A stretch of DNA of 64,000 bases from the human T2T-CHM13v2.0 reference genome, Homo sapiens. Below are positions 25,829-38,004 of the stretch, piece after piece. The notes beneath the pieces are model-generated. The model made no database searches, was not told the origin of the DNA, and saw only the letters and a list, made by a program, of their open reading frames with translations. A program made the position numbers and the translations under genes. The stretch's first letter is position 1, and each line of letters begins with the position of its first letter. The stretch is taken from NCBI RefSeq assembly GCF_009914755.1, contig NC_060928.1; one strand, written 5' to 3'.

Positions 25829-26099
25829 CAATGTGTATTGCCGCATAGGTGCCAGTAGACCTTGAATTTAAGAAGCCTTGGGGGATGATACTCAGCGATG
25901 TGATCTCGAAGAGACTGTCCTATGTTGAATTATCATTCAATGTAAAAATATAATCAAATAATTATAACCATTAATAGATAACAGGTGACACTTCCCTTCA
26001 CACTTTCCTCTGTGTAATTCTTACTTTACAAAATTGAAAATGAAGAGCTTTGTGTGTCTTCCACTTTTATTATCATCATGGTGCTTTGTCCTCCTTCAC

Positions 26100-26290
26100 T
26101 TTGTGATTATCTCTGTATACGTCTGCCTTCCCCAGGAGCCAACTAACTCACGCGGTGCAGGGGACCCATATAATTCATCTATGTATACGCTCTTGCCTAG
26201 AGCAGGGTTTGACACATGGCAGGTATTCTACAAAGATTTGATGCATGAGTGCTTAAGGGAATGAATAAATAAATGAATAAGTAAATCAAT
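26100..26290 (+). mobile_element. L2 3' end
   Basis: gcctagagcagggtttgacacatggcaggtattc...gaatgaataaataaatgaat. Confidence 0.6.
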
Positions 26291-26914
26291 CAAAAACTAA
26301 TTATTTTCGAGTCACCTTGTTCTAAATTACATATAAATTTATGGAGAAAAATTGTAGTCTAACATAGATATATATGTATGTATACATGTTGAGCACAGTG
26401 TCTGCCCCACAGCAGGTTCACAGTAAACATTATCTACATTAGACTATAATGTATGTGTGTGTACATATATCTAAGCATATGTGTTCAGTTGGTTGTTTTA
26501 AAACTTCTGTAATAAATCAAGAGATTAATATTTTTTATTAAAATCCTTAAATCTGTATGTTAAGGATCTTGTGAGTTCAGCTTCAGGTCCCCATCTATGT
26601 CATTTTATTAGGCAAAATGTTCTGAAAGATTCATTCCATTTAGAAAGTAAACATGACAGCAAGGCCACAGTTATTACTTCTCATTTATTTTGTTCTTTTG
26701 GAGATTGACCATCTAGCTTAAGTCAGACAAAATGAGAACCAAGAAAAAAAATGTTTAGATAAAATCATTGTAAGAGAGAGAATATAAAAGAAAGTGGAAA
26801 AGTAAGATTAATATTGTTTTGCCTAAGAGACCTAGTTTCTCTCCCAACCTCTCCCCCACCAACACAAACTTGAAGAAATTTTTTGGATGTTTAAACTTAA
26901 TTATCTTTAAAAAT

Positions 26915-27110
26915 AAGGAAGCAATGCTTATGGGGCACAGCTGTGTGGCAGGCACTGTGCTTGGCATTTCTGTGAATTTTCACATTTAATCTGCCCAACA
27001 GGTCCAGCCCTAGAAGACACTTATTGGCAGATCCCTTTTATGGACCATGAAACCGAGTCTCAGAGAGATTATTTCTGCAAGGTCACGCTGTGGAAGGTAC
27101 AGGGTTGCAC
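26915..27110 (-). mobile_element. MIR
   Basis: gtgtggcaggcactgtgctt..catttaatc..atgaaaccgagtctcagagag..caaggtcac. Confidence 0.65.
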
Positions 27111-27139
27111 TGGAATGAGCTCACACTGGCTTATAGGAG

Positions 27140-27278
27140 GCAACTCTTCATTCAGTAATGTCATGTTGGCAGCTTGAAGTCAGCCACAGTAGAATTATTT
27201 ACAGCATGTCAATGAGCAATTGCTGCAAAGAAGTCCCTGTGCCTGCCTGGTTGTTAAACATACGCCAGCACACCACTG
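27140..27278 (+). mobile_element. MER63-like hAT-Blackjack fragment
   Basis: 3' terminus ggttgttaaacatacgccagcacaccactg. Confidence 0.6.
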
Positions 27279-27784
27279 GTTAAGATGCAAAGATAAAAGT
27301 TTAAGAATATTTGACTTTAAAAGGCATCTTCTTCTAATAAACCACACTACCCAAGAGTTAAGGGAAAGTCTAGGTAAGGTTTATATAGCAGTTCATAGTT
27401 TAAAAAAACAAGACTTTTATGCATGTATAGTCTCCCAAAAATGAACCAGCTTTGTATTTCTCTCTGTATTTTTTTTTTTGTCATTCTTCCCTCTTCCTCT
27501 CCTTCTTCATCACAGTTACTGCCATATACTGAAGTTCTGCTGTATCCTGCTAGGTGTTTGCCATGAACTACAATATTTATAACACTGAGAAAAATAAAGC
27601 ATGAGTCAGGTAAGCACAAAGCCCAGAATTACAACCAGGAATATAGAAGAAAGGTTTTTATCCCTCGTATCTGTTATATGAGTCTTTTGTAGGTTTTTGT
27701 TTGTTTGTTTTTGTTTTTTCATGTGTGTGTGTTTGCAGACCTAACCCCTCATGTTTCTTCTTCTGAAATGTTCCCTTTTTCTTC

Positions 27785-28530
27785 AATTCAATTTTTCAAC
27801 AAATATATGAGCACAGAGTATGTGCCGCACACTGTTCCACGTGCTAGAGATGCAATAGTGAAATCAGGAGAGGTTTCTGTCCTTGGGAACATCCCTTCTT
27901 GGGTAGGGAGACAGGACACAAAGCAGGAGAGACAGGACAGCAAGGTACCTAGCAAGAGGGCTGGGGTTTGAGTTCTGGGCCCACCACTTCCTAACCATGT
28001 GACTGTGGACAAGTTACTTAACCTCTTTATGCCTCAATTTTCTGCCATATGCTAAAAGGGGATAGCAATAGTCTCTATGTCTTAAAGTTGCTGTGATAAC
28101 TAAGTTTCATTACATTAAATAGTATCAGGCATATATAAATAGTAAATGCCAGTATTTATTAGTTACTACTTTTAAGGAAACAGCTTAATTATAGGCTATA
28201 ACTAGAGTTATGAAGGAAACACACCAAATACTGAGATTGGGTTGAGAGTGGAATATTTTAGATGAAGTCATCAATAAAGTCCTTTACGGAGAATTGATAA
28301 AAAGGATGAGAAGGTATCCTTCCTGGCATTGCTGGAAGAAGATTTCTAGATTAAGGAAGTGAAACTGCAAAGCTCTGAAATGTTGAGATGTTTATTGCTG
28401 AAGGGAATGGTAGAGTTCAGTGTGCTTGGGGCACAGTGGAAGCAGGTGGAGCAGAACAAGATGAGGTTGAAGTGGAAGGAGGGGACCAAATCATGTGAGG
28501 TCTTAGAGGCCCCCTTATAGAGTTCTGTTC
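27785..28530 (-). mobile_element. L2 (minus) split by a MIR (+, ~27960-28170)
   Basis: ttcaacaaatatatgagcac..tgtgccgcacactgttcc; MIR ctgggtttgagttctgggcccaccacttcc..ggacaagttacttaacctct. Confidence 0.6.
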
Positions 28531-28549
28531 TCTTTTTAACTACTTAATA

Positions 28550-28597
28550 CCCTTCCTTCCTTCCTTCCTTCCTTCTTTCCTCCCTTCCTCCCTTCCT
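28550..28597. repeat. (CCTT)n simple repeat
   Basis: ccttccttccttcc... Confidence 0.9.
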
Positions 28598-29709
28598 GTT
28601 GTAATTTGCTATATGTCTAAGAAAAAATAGGCTAGCTTTTTTTTTTTTTTAATTTGGAAACTTAGCGCTAATCTTCACTTTCATTGAGACCCTATTTTCC
28701 AGGGCAATTTTCAGAAAGTGACTTTTAGAGGTAATTTTCTGGGCAGCAGAGATTTTTCAATAACTTCTGTGGAATCCAGGATCCTGGGTCTCAAAGGTAC
28801 AATTGCTGAGTATGGTGTCCACACCAAGTTGCTGTTATCCTGACCTTGTAAACACCATGCAGGTGCCTGTCTCGTTGGCTGTCTCAAACTGCCAGAGAAA
28901 GCGGCAATGACAGTTTGGTTTCACCCAGTCCCTTGAGTTATGAGTAATTTTGCTAGAGTCTTATCATTTTCTGGCGGATTTCATGAATTTGTGCTGAATT
29001 TGCAAACAAAGGCAAAAGGCAAACAATGGTCTAAGCGGCTTTGAGATTGCCTCATTAAACTGCAGCCTGCCAGAAGCTTTCTGCTTATAGCAATGAACAC
29101 ATCTGAGCTCTACAATGATGTCACCGTCTAAAACTCTGTTCACATCTCTTTGAGGTGACAAAGTCCCATGTGCAACTAACTAAAAATAAATAAAGTGAAA
29201 TAAATAAGAAAGAGTAAAGGGAAGAGCAGAAAACTGCTCTAGCAAAGAAGAATGCCCAAGTTATCAGGAAAGCTAATTTTCAGTGCTATTGCTGCCATAT
29301 CAGCCTTGTCACCAATAATCAGTTTGCCTAAGTTTTTCAAGACTCAGTGTACCTCTATGGAACTGGAATACACTGACATGCTCTTTTTTTGAAGATTCCA
29401 CTGAATTCCTCAGGTGTATACCCAGGGATGGGGTCATGTGGCACACTATACAAAATATTTTTTAATTTCAGAAACATGCATTTGTGGTATTTTGTAAAAT
29501 CCCTTTGAAAAATGTCTTTTTCAGTTGTGCTATACTCAGTTAAGTATGACTGTATTGACCTTAACTTGCATTACTCAGAAGACACTTTACTAGGCATATA
29601 GGAATAGATCCACTGGTGATGAGCCTACTGCGTGGATGACACATCACAGAGCTCGCCTGGTTTAATTCTCAGAGCCACCATATAGGGAAGGCATCATTAG
29701 ACCTTTTCC

Positions 29710-30658
29710 TTTTGTAAAACTTTTATTTTAAGTTTGGGGTATGTATTAGTCTGTTTTCATGCTGCTGATAAAGACATACCTGAGATTGGGTAATTCACAC
29801 AGGTAAAAGGGTTTAATGGACTTAGAGTTCCACATGGCTGGGGAAGCCTCACAGTCATAGCAGAAGGCAAGGAGGAGCAAGTCACATCTTACATGGATGG
29901 CAGCAGGCAAAGAGAGAGCTTGTGCAGGGAAACACTCATTTTTAAACCATCAGATCTCATAAGACTTATTCACTATTATGGGAAAGGCCCACACCCATCA
30001 TTCAATTACATGATTCAAAAACCTAGAGGAATTACATTCCTCTAGGTTTCTCCCATGACACGTGAGAATTGTGAGAGTTACAGTTTGAGATGAGATTAGG
30101 GTGGGAACATAGAGCTGAACCATATCAGGGTACATGTGCAGGTTTGTTAAATAGGTATACTTGTGCCACGGGGGTTTGTTGTACAGATTACTTCGTCACC
30201 CAGCTATTAAGCTTAGTACCCATTAGCTCTTTTTCCTGATCCTCTCCCTCCTCCCACCCTACACTCTCCAATAGACCCCAGTGTGTTGTATTCCCCTGTA
30301 TATGTCCATGTTTTCTCATCATTTAGCTCACACTTAAAAGTGAGAACATGTGGTATTTGGTTTTTCTGTTCCTGCATTAGTTTGCAAAGGATAATGACCT
30401 CCAACTCCACCTATGTTCCTGCAAAGGATATAATCTCATTCTTTTTTATGGCTGCATAGTATTCCATGGTGTGTATGTACCATATTTTCTTTATCCAGTC
30501 TAACATTGATGAGCATTTAGATTGATTTCATGTCTTTGCTATTGTGAATAGTACTGTAATGAACATATGTGCATGTATCTTTATAACAGAACAATTTATA
30601 TTCCTTTGGGTATATACTCAGTAATGGGATTGCTGGATCAAACAGCGGTTCTGTTTTT
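29710..30658 (-). mobile_element. L1 3' end (older L1PA) split by THE1B
   Basis: ttttattttaagtttgggta|catgtgcaggtttgtt... 3'UTR and ORF2 C-terminus reversed. Confidence 0.88.
29742..30127 (-). mobile_element. THE1B MaLR solo LTR
   Basis: tgtattagtctgttttcatgctgctgataaagacatacc...aaccatatca; TSD GGGTA at 29737-29741 and 30128-30132. Confidence 0.92.
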
Positions 30659-31342
30659 AAGGGCTTTTCTTAAGAGTGGCAATTAGTAGAAGCAACAAGG
30701 ATCAGTATTTCACAAGGCCATGTAGCCTAGGAGTAGTGAAGCTCGAATCCAAACACAGGTCTGGCTGATTCATAAGCCCAAACCAACAAAAACGAGCAAG
30801 ATAAAGTAAAAAGAGAGATACACTGAGATGCAGAAGAAAATTTCAAAAGACTAGTATTTCATTAAACAAAAACTGAAGTCCTTAGGTAAATTATTTCCTC
30901 TTGCCTCTGTCATAAGTGATACTCATAAATTATGATGAAATAAACCCATTGACTACCCCATGTGCTTTTTAGAAAACTATAAGAGGTTATTTTTATTTTA
31001 AATAATAGGTGCTGTCATTTAAAATGACTTGCAGTCCATGAAATTTGTCACCCCAAGAGAAAAAGAGCTATAAGTATCTAATCCATTTGAAGAGTCTGCC
31101 CCTAACAAGTGATATCTGAATTCAAACCCCTCTAAGTTCAGGAGCCTAGGTTGTGCTCAAAGTACTCATCTGTAAAGTGGGGTACAAAGACTTAACTTCC
31201 TGGGTAAACGTAAGGCTTAATGAAACCATATGTCATGGAGCAGTATGTTTGGCATATCATATCTGATTAATAAATTCTTGTGATCTTCATTTCCTTTACT
31301 CTTGTCTGATATGGAATTCCATGTGATTGAAGACACAAAGTA

Positions 31343-31504
31343 CTTTTATTTTTTTGAAAGTCAGGGTCTCACTCTGTTACCCAGGCTGGAGTGCAATGGT
31401 GCTATCATAGCTCCCTGCAGCCTCAAACTTGTGGACTCAAGTGATCCTCCTGCTTCAGCCTCCCAAAGTGCTAGGATTATAGGTTTGAGCTACCATGCCT
31501 GGCT
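31343..31504 (-). mobile_element. FRAM/AluJ monomer
   Basis: Single right-arm-type monomer with T tail. Confidence 0.8.
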
Positions 31505-31519
31505 AAAATAATGCATTTT

Positions 31520-33626
31520 TGACAAAGAACAGTATTCACATCCAGAGAAGCAGGCTGCCAACCTCCCAGTCCTTGAATTTCAAAGGGAATCCAACCTCCT
31601 GGGCCATTTTGAACCAAGCCTCTGCAAAGGTAGGGACCTTGTCCAGAGCAGTCTTGGTCTTGGCCTGTTTGACCATAACCATTTTTGAAGGAGGGGTGGC
31701 TTCCAAAGCAGAGGGGTTGTGGAAAAAGAAATGTCTCCCGCGACCCGAAGATGCTCCCTGAGCAGCAGCTTCTTTCTCTTTTCTCCCCTCCCCTGGTTGT
31801 TGTGCCCTCCCTGCAGGTCACCATAGATCTTTCAGTTTGCCCCTCTCTCTAAAAAATAGTGTAAAGTGAATTTCTCCTATAAAGACTCTTCCTTAGAAGA
31901 CTGGAAAGTTATGGACTGGCCTTCCCGAAAACTATCTGTGGAACAAAAGGAAGTAGAAACTTCTCCCTGCAAGGAAGGCTTTCTCCCCTGAGGAGAGGTG
32001 CCCACCACCCTGCATCTTCCTATAGAAAGAAGTGGAGTTGCCTTTACTGGGTCAAGAGGGCACCATGTTCCTAATTGAGCAGAGGAAGACACCAGTACTC
32101 CCTAAGTCGAGTGGACCTGTGGTTTAGAATAGACCAGCTAACTGGACAGTATTTCCCAAAAGCCTCCCCAGATAATGTGAGCTAGACATGCTTTCCAGTT
32201 CACGACAAATGACCTGTGAGCTTTTCAGCTTGTTCCAGACTAGCTCTTCCCACCTTCCTCTCCAGAGTGTTGTCTCTTATTGTTGCTGCTACTGCTTCTA
32301 CTGATGATGCATCAACTAGCTGGACTATGAAGAGATTGTCAAAGGAGGTACCCTGATTCAGTTCTGTGGTCCAAGTTTATGAAAAAACACAAGCCATTGG
32401 TGCTGCTGGCAATGACATCTCTGTTGCTTTGCTGAAACATCTCCCCACATCCAGCCACACCACTATCTCTATTCTTGCCACGGCCTCCCATTGACATTTC
32501 CTTGGGCTTACATTACCCTTCTTTCATGGGTGCCCACATTGGTCAATGCTGAGACAAAAGTTTTCTATGTTCCATAACCACCCAGTCACTGGCCCCTATC
32601 AGAGGCAGATGCATGTTTTTACATAGCTAGAGAAAGAGTTTCAGCATTGCTGCTGCCCAAGGTACCACCATGTCTGTTGCAGAAGGTGAAAGGATGCCCT
32701 TGATCATCCGTAACAGGCTGTAAATCCCCTCCAGCGCTCATGTTTACCTCATCTCCCCAGCACCCAACTCTGCCTGAGATGAGTGCTTTGCTTAATACTT
32801 CAAGTACAACCAAAACATCTTGACTCATGACCCCAGTGGTTTCGGTTATTTTCTATTAGGCTATGGTGAGCTCAAGTGATTGATACTCCTGATGCGAGTA
32901 ATACAGATGTGTTTAGGAGTGGGACTTCTAGGGGATTAAGTGGTGTGATGCCTGTTGGGGGTCAGTGCCCTCCTAGTTGGGGGGTGGGGGCTAAGCTGGA
33001 GAGGTAGAAAGCTCAGAAAAACCCTGCGAAGAAAAAAATTTCTGAGGTAATAAATAGGATTATTCCGTATCGAAGGCCTTTTTGGACGGGTGGTGTGTGA
33101 TGGCCTTGGTATGTGCTTTCTCGTGTTACGTCGCGCCATCACTGGTACATGGTTAGTGTGTTGGTTAGTAGGCCTAGTGTGGAATCATTCCCAATGATGG
33201 AAGCAAGCTTTGTGGCAATCCAAGTGTTCTCACCAAACGTAGACTAATCTCTGGGTTGATCTGAAACCTAACTCCTCACTGCAATGACCTGCCCCTTTCA
33301 GAGCAAGTCTGCTTTGCCAAGATGGAGAAGCTCTCATGGATGACCTGCATTTTCCCCAAAGTAACTCCAAAGACTGCCTGTCCTCTGCAATGAGCACAAC
33401 TATGGGAATGAACAACTAACTGCTTCAGTGACTACTCCTTGAGAAATAGGTCTCTTGTGGCCAGAGATTCGGGCATGATGGTGATCAAGAGGAACAAGAT
33501 CCAACTTAGGATCAGCCTAGAAAGAGTGAATCACACCCAGAGACTTGGGAGTCAGATGAAGTGGGAGCTCTGCCTCAGCCCATTCTGCCTCCTCAAATAC
33601 TCACTGCAATAAATACCTCTTGGAAC
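31520..33626 (+). pseudogene. ECM1P2: Processed (intronless) pseudogene of ECM1, extracellular matrix protein 1; interrupted by a NUMT
   Basis: Degenerate translations colinear with ECM1 without introns: VGTLSRAVLVLACL (signal peptide, ATG lost at ~31630), KLSVEQKEV..P, LDS...PPDNV..TCFP, HWCC, LEKEFQHCC, DECFA..YNQNILTHD, then after the NUMT IIPN..KLCGNPSVLTK..ISGLI*NLTPHCNDLPLSEQVCFA..EKL; AATAAA at 33608-33613. The ECM1 parent is well supported; the P2 numbering is from memory. Confidence 0.85.
32837..33181 (-). pseudogene. NUMT: nuclear copy of an internal fragment of mitochondrial COX3 (MT-CO3)
   Basis: Minus strand in the vertebrate mitochondrial code: [113 protein letters not shown], with TGA=Trp and no frameshift. 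Confidence 0.97.
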
Positions 33627-34263
33627 TATTAGGCTTTCAAAAATATGTCATACTGTATATTTTTGGAGGGTATTTGAAGATAAATAGAAACACAAATTTA
33701 CTGGTACAATGTACCAAAGTTACAATTGCCATGAAAGAGGTAACTAAATATTTAGGCCTCCAAATATTGTGTTGTGATTGTTTACACCTGGCTCCTGAGA
33801 ACAGCACTTTCTACTGGGTCTTTGTCTCTGTGGTCCCATTTAGCCAGTGAGAAACCCAAAGTGAGATTGTCTTCCCAGCCAAGGCTGGTAACCGACTGGA
33901 ATGAAGAAGTCACAACCCACAACCTTAGTTCATTTTCAGTGAAAATGAACTTGAAAACAAAGCCCCAGACAACAGAATGACTTTCCTCTCAGCAAACATT
34001 TTTCCAGATCATGTTTTTTATTATTCTACACTTTACAGTCATGCCATGGAACATTGAGCCTGTGTCTATTTTATTACTGATTATTCAAAGACTGTCATGG
34101 TTGTATATGGATGGGTTGCACAAGTGGTATTTGTTTTCTAAAAAGAACAAAATAACCATTCAGTGTGAGAGTTTTGCCTGTAGCTGTAATAATCTTTTGT
34201 AAAAAAAGAAAAAAAAAGAAAAAAAATACCTTTCAGTACAATAGAGGAAAACAGGTTAGACAG

Positions 34264-34623
34264 TGATATAATTTGGCTCTGTCTTCCCACCCGAATCTCA
34301 TCTTCAATTGTAATCCCTACATATCAAGGAGGAGAAGATATTGGATTATGGGAGATATTTCCCCCATGCTGTTCTCATGATATTGAGTGAATTCTCATGA
34401 GATCTGGTGGTTTTATAACTGGAAGTTTTTCCTGTACTCATAGACACCCTATCCCACTGCCTTGTGAAGAAGGTGACTGCTTCCCCTTCCATCATGATTG
34501 TAAGTTTCCTGAGGCCTCCCCAGCTATGCAGAACTGTGAGTCAACTAAACCAAACCTCTTTCCTTTAGAAATTACCCAGTCTTAGATAGTATCTTTATAG
34601 CAGTGTGAGAACATACTAACATG
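34264..34623 (+). mobile_element. THE1D-like MaLR solo LTR
   Basis: tgatataatttggctctgt...gaggcctccccagc..ctaacatg; TSD GACAG both sides. Confidence 0.88.
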
Positions 34624-35089
34624 GACAGTAAGACCTAAGCTTTGAGCCCTGAGTCTTGAGTCAACAGAATAAAGATCTAGTCCTTGGAGAATAAGTAGAA
34701 TCTTTTCCTGGGAGGTATTAATCTTATATAGACTGTTAGAACATGATTGAGGTTGTAATGCTGAATACAGTAAAATTCCCCTGCCACACATGAAGATTCT
34801 CCTACTACTAGGAGGATAGGGTTCAAGTTTCCTGACTTATACACCAACTGGGCATGCATTAAAGATTGGTAGAATAATTGAATAAATTAATAAGTAATGA
34901 AAATCAGCGATTGAATATAGAGTGTAATGACAGTCACATGGGCAGACAAATTAGAAGCTAGAAAATTATGAACAATACTCAAGACAGAGAAATGCCACGA
35001 ATCAAGAGTCAAGACTCAAGGTCAGGAAAAAAACAAGGGGAAGCAACCAAAATAACAGGAGGAAAGAACACAGACAGGTCTCCTTAAAA

Positions 35090-35320
35090 GACAAGATTTG
35101 AGTCACAGAAATTTCAGTTAATATCCTAGTGCCACTACTTATAAACTCCATGACCCTTGTTAGATTACCTACTCTCTCTTAGATTAATTTGTATGAGATT
35201 AAGTCAATTTTCTCATTTGAGAAATGGTAATAGAAGGGGTGATTAAAGGATAACCTGAGATGGCATGTTTACTTCTATTAAGGCAATGTATCATATATAA
35301 TATGTTTGAAAGATATATTA
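35090..35320 (+). mobile_element. MIR
   Basis: tcctagtgccactactt..catgaccctt..ttttctcatttgagaaatgg. Confidence 0.5.
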
Positions 35321-37453
35321 ATTTTATTTTTATTATGAATCTCATCTATCAAATAGCAACTGTGTGTCAGCCACTATCACAGGAACTTGAAGCATAATGC
35401 ATTTCTTTTTACTCCTCTGCTAGTTGTAGTTATTTTCCTCTCCCAAATTGTGCATAATAGGATAACTACACATACATACTGGCTTAAGCCATAGGTGACA
35501 AGCTTGCCTCTATTCACCTAGAAATGTCCAATTTTAACACTGGAAACATCTCAGCCCCAAGCAAATAAGAGTGACTGGTTTGTTGAATAAATTCTCTATT
35601 CTTCAATGAACATTCTTTGAGCTGCGACTGAGCCACGTAGTCTGCTTATATATTCCACCTGGCATCTGAAGTAAATCATCCATGCAGTTCCTATTCTCAT
35701 TCCTCCATGAGAAACAAGCATATAGTTTCTTAAACATAAAGCAGAAAGTAGAATGACCACTATTCCTGTGGAGTCCTGAGGGTTACTGTGGAATTGTTGA
35801 ATCACTTTAGTTGGTAACATCTTTGAACATGCGAAAGAAGAGGGTGTAAATGTACTCAGCCCAAAATGCCAAATGCAGTTTTAGGTGGTACTGTATAAAA
35901 TTTATGGTAGTCTACTATTTTGACCTACAAAATAGCCATTTCATCTGTTCCGTAGAGTCTTCTTGAAGTGGCTGTTCAGTTCACAATAATTCTGCCCTTT
36001 CTGGAAGTAGCTCTCACATGGCTGTGGCCATGGCACTGTTTTTATAACCAACCCCTTCATGGCCATAGATGCCATAGGGGCCATAGGTAATGAATCAAAA
36101 GCAAGCACCTAACACAGTCTGATCCACCCAAATATCCAACCAAGTGCAGGGAAAGACAGAGAGACTGAAAGTTATCAAAGCTTCGTCACACTGATGATAG
36201 CTTTCCAGGTAGAGAATCCAATCACTTTACCTCTCCCATGTCCTGGAGTCTCCCTGGTTTCTTTCCTTTCCAGGTGACTGATGTCCCTAACCTATTCCAG
36301 CAGACATTTGAGTGTCCTCAACATATTTTCCTTCTTTTCTGAAGTTAACTAGGGCCAGATTTTATAAATAAAGTAAATAAACTAGTAGCAGATATTTGGT
36401 ATCATATAGACTTCCTACCTGCATTCTCTAACCATAAAAATCCTTTATACCTACTCACCATTATATCACCAGTGCTATTAAAGCTCTTGTCATAGAACAG
36501 GAGTTTCACAAACAGTGAAAAGACAGCTAAATATATAAATAGAAGATATGCAAACTAACTGTATGATTTTGCTTTTACTTTTTTATTTCACTTGGAAGAT
36601 GAAAGATACACAGTTTTTGGTTGATTATAAAATAGATCTCTGTACCCACCAGATTGGACAAGCACTTACTTAGAAAAAAAAATGGGATCAAATATCTGAA
36701 AATTATTTTCCAATAACCTCAGAGACAGGAGATATTCATGAAGTTAGCCCTAACTTTGAAAAGCTCTAGCACTAAAAGCTGGGGGAAAAGTTTGAGCAAA
36801 CCTGTACATGACATTGAGAACTCTGGCTTTTTGTAAAACCTGTTTTCACAATTATTTTGCCTTCCAAATGACCAATGAAACCATCTGTCCTTTGAATCAC
36901 CTTAAAAGGTCAGTCTTGACAATCACCTATGAAAGGACTCAATAAAATGAGGGTTTCACTGTTTCAATTTAAAACCAACTGAGATAGAGTTAGAAATAAG
37001 GTCAAGGGAAACGAAAATACTTTCTCTGCTATTGTTAAAAACTGTGTAGGTGGATGTGGTTAATTTTACAGCAACAGTGAGTTTCCTAAAAGCCTTCCCA
37101 GAATTATGCAGACCTGCCCAAATAATCATAAGTAGCTCTTGTCTGGGGTGAGTTCTTTACAACTAGACTTATTACAGGCCCTCCAGCACACCAAGCCACA
37201 CCCTCACTGTTAATGGGCAGGATCCTGAAAGGAGAGAAAAATGAAGAACTGAGCCAAAATTGCTCCCATTTTTTTCATAAGTCATCAACAATGGGATCAG
37301 GATGTGGAAACTGGGAACAGGAAAGGAAGGTCACACTCATGGGTTTCCCTTCATGAGGAAGCAAGAAGCATGGGAAAGGAAGTTCCTCATTAAAAAACTG
37401 TTATTCCTGTGTTGCTATTTTTTGGAAAGTAAAGAGGTATGGTGGAAAGAGAG

Positions 37454-37814
37454 GGTCTTAGTCCATTTTCTGTTCCTATAACAAAATACCAAAGACTGAT
37501 AAAGAAAAAAATTATCTTTTATGTTCTGGTGACTGGAAAGTCCAAGATTGAGGGGTCAACATCCAGCGATTGCATTCTTGCTGTGTCAAAACATGGTGGA
37601 AGGCATCGCATAATGAGAGATCAAGAGCGTATGTGCCAACTCGGAGTCTCTCTTACTCTTCTTATAAAGCCACAAGTCCCAACACAGGGCCCCAACCGTG
37701 ATGACCTTATCTAGTCCGAATTACCTCCCAAAGGCCCCACCTCCAATCAACATGTGAATTTGGAATTTAAGTTTCCCAACACATAAACCTTGGGGAAGCA
37801 TTCAAACCATAGCA
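37454..37814 (-). mobile_element. MLT1A-type MaLR LTR
   Basis: gtcttagtccattttctgtt..ggaaagtccaagattgagg..ttacctcccaaaggccccacc..cattcaaaccatagca. Confidence 0.8.
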
Positions 37815-38004
37815 ACAGGTATGAATCCTCTAAAATAAAACAGATTTAGAATAAAATAATAACCTTGTCACTTAAATCTCTTATAAGTTACCTAACCTGT
37901 CTGAATACAGCTTTTGTATCTGTAGAAGCAATTCTGTCTACTCCCTTATAGGGATTTTGAGACTATAACATGAATGTGTCAAACATGATTTCTTGGATGG
38001 CATT

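Noticed and set aside
32936-33142. 68-aa ORF in the standard code
   Set aside because: Off-frame reading of the COX3 NUMT; the meaningful frame needs the mitochondrial code.
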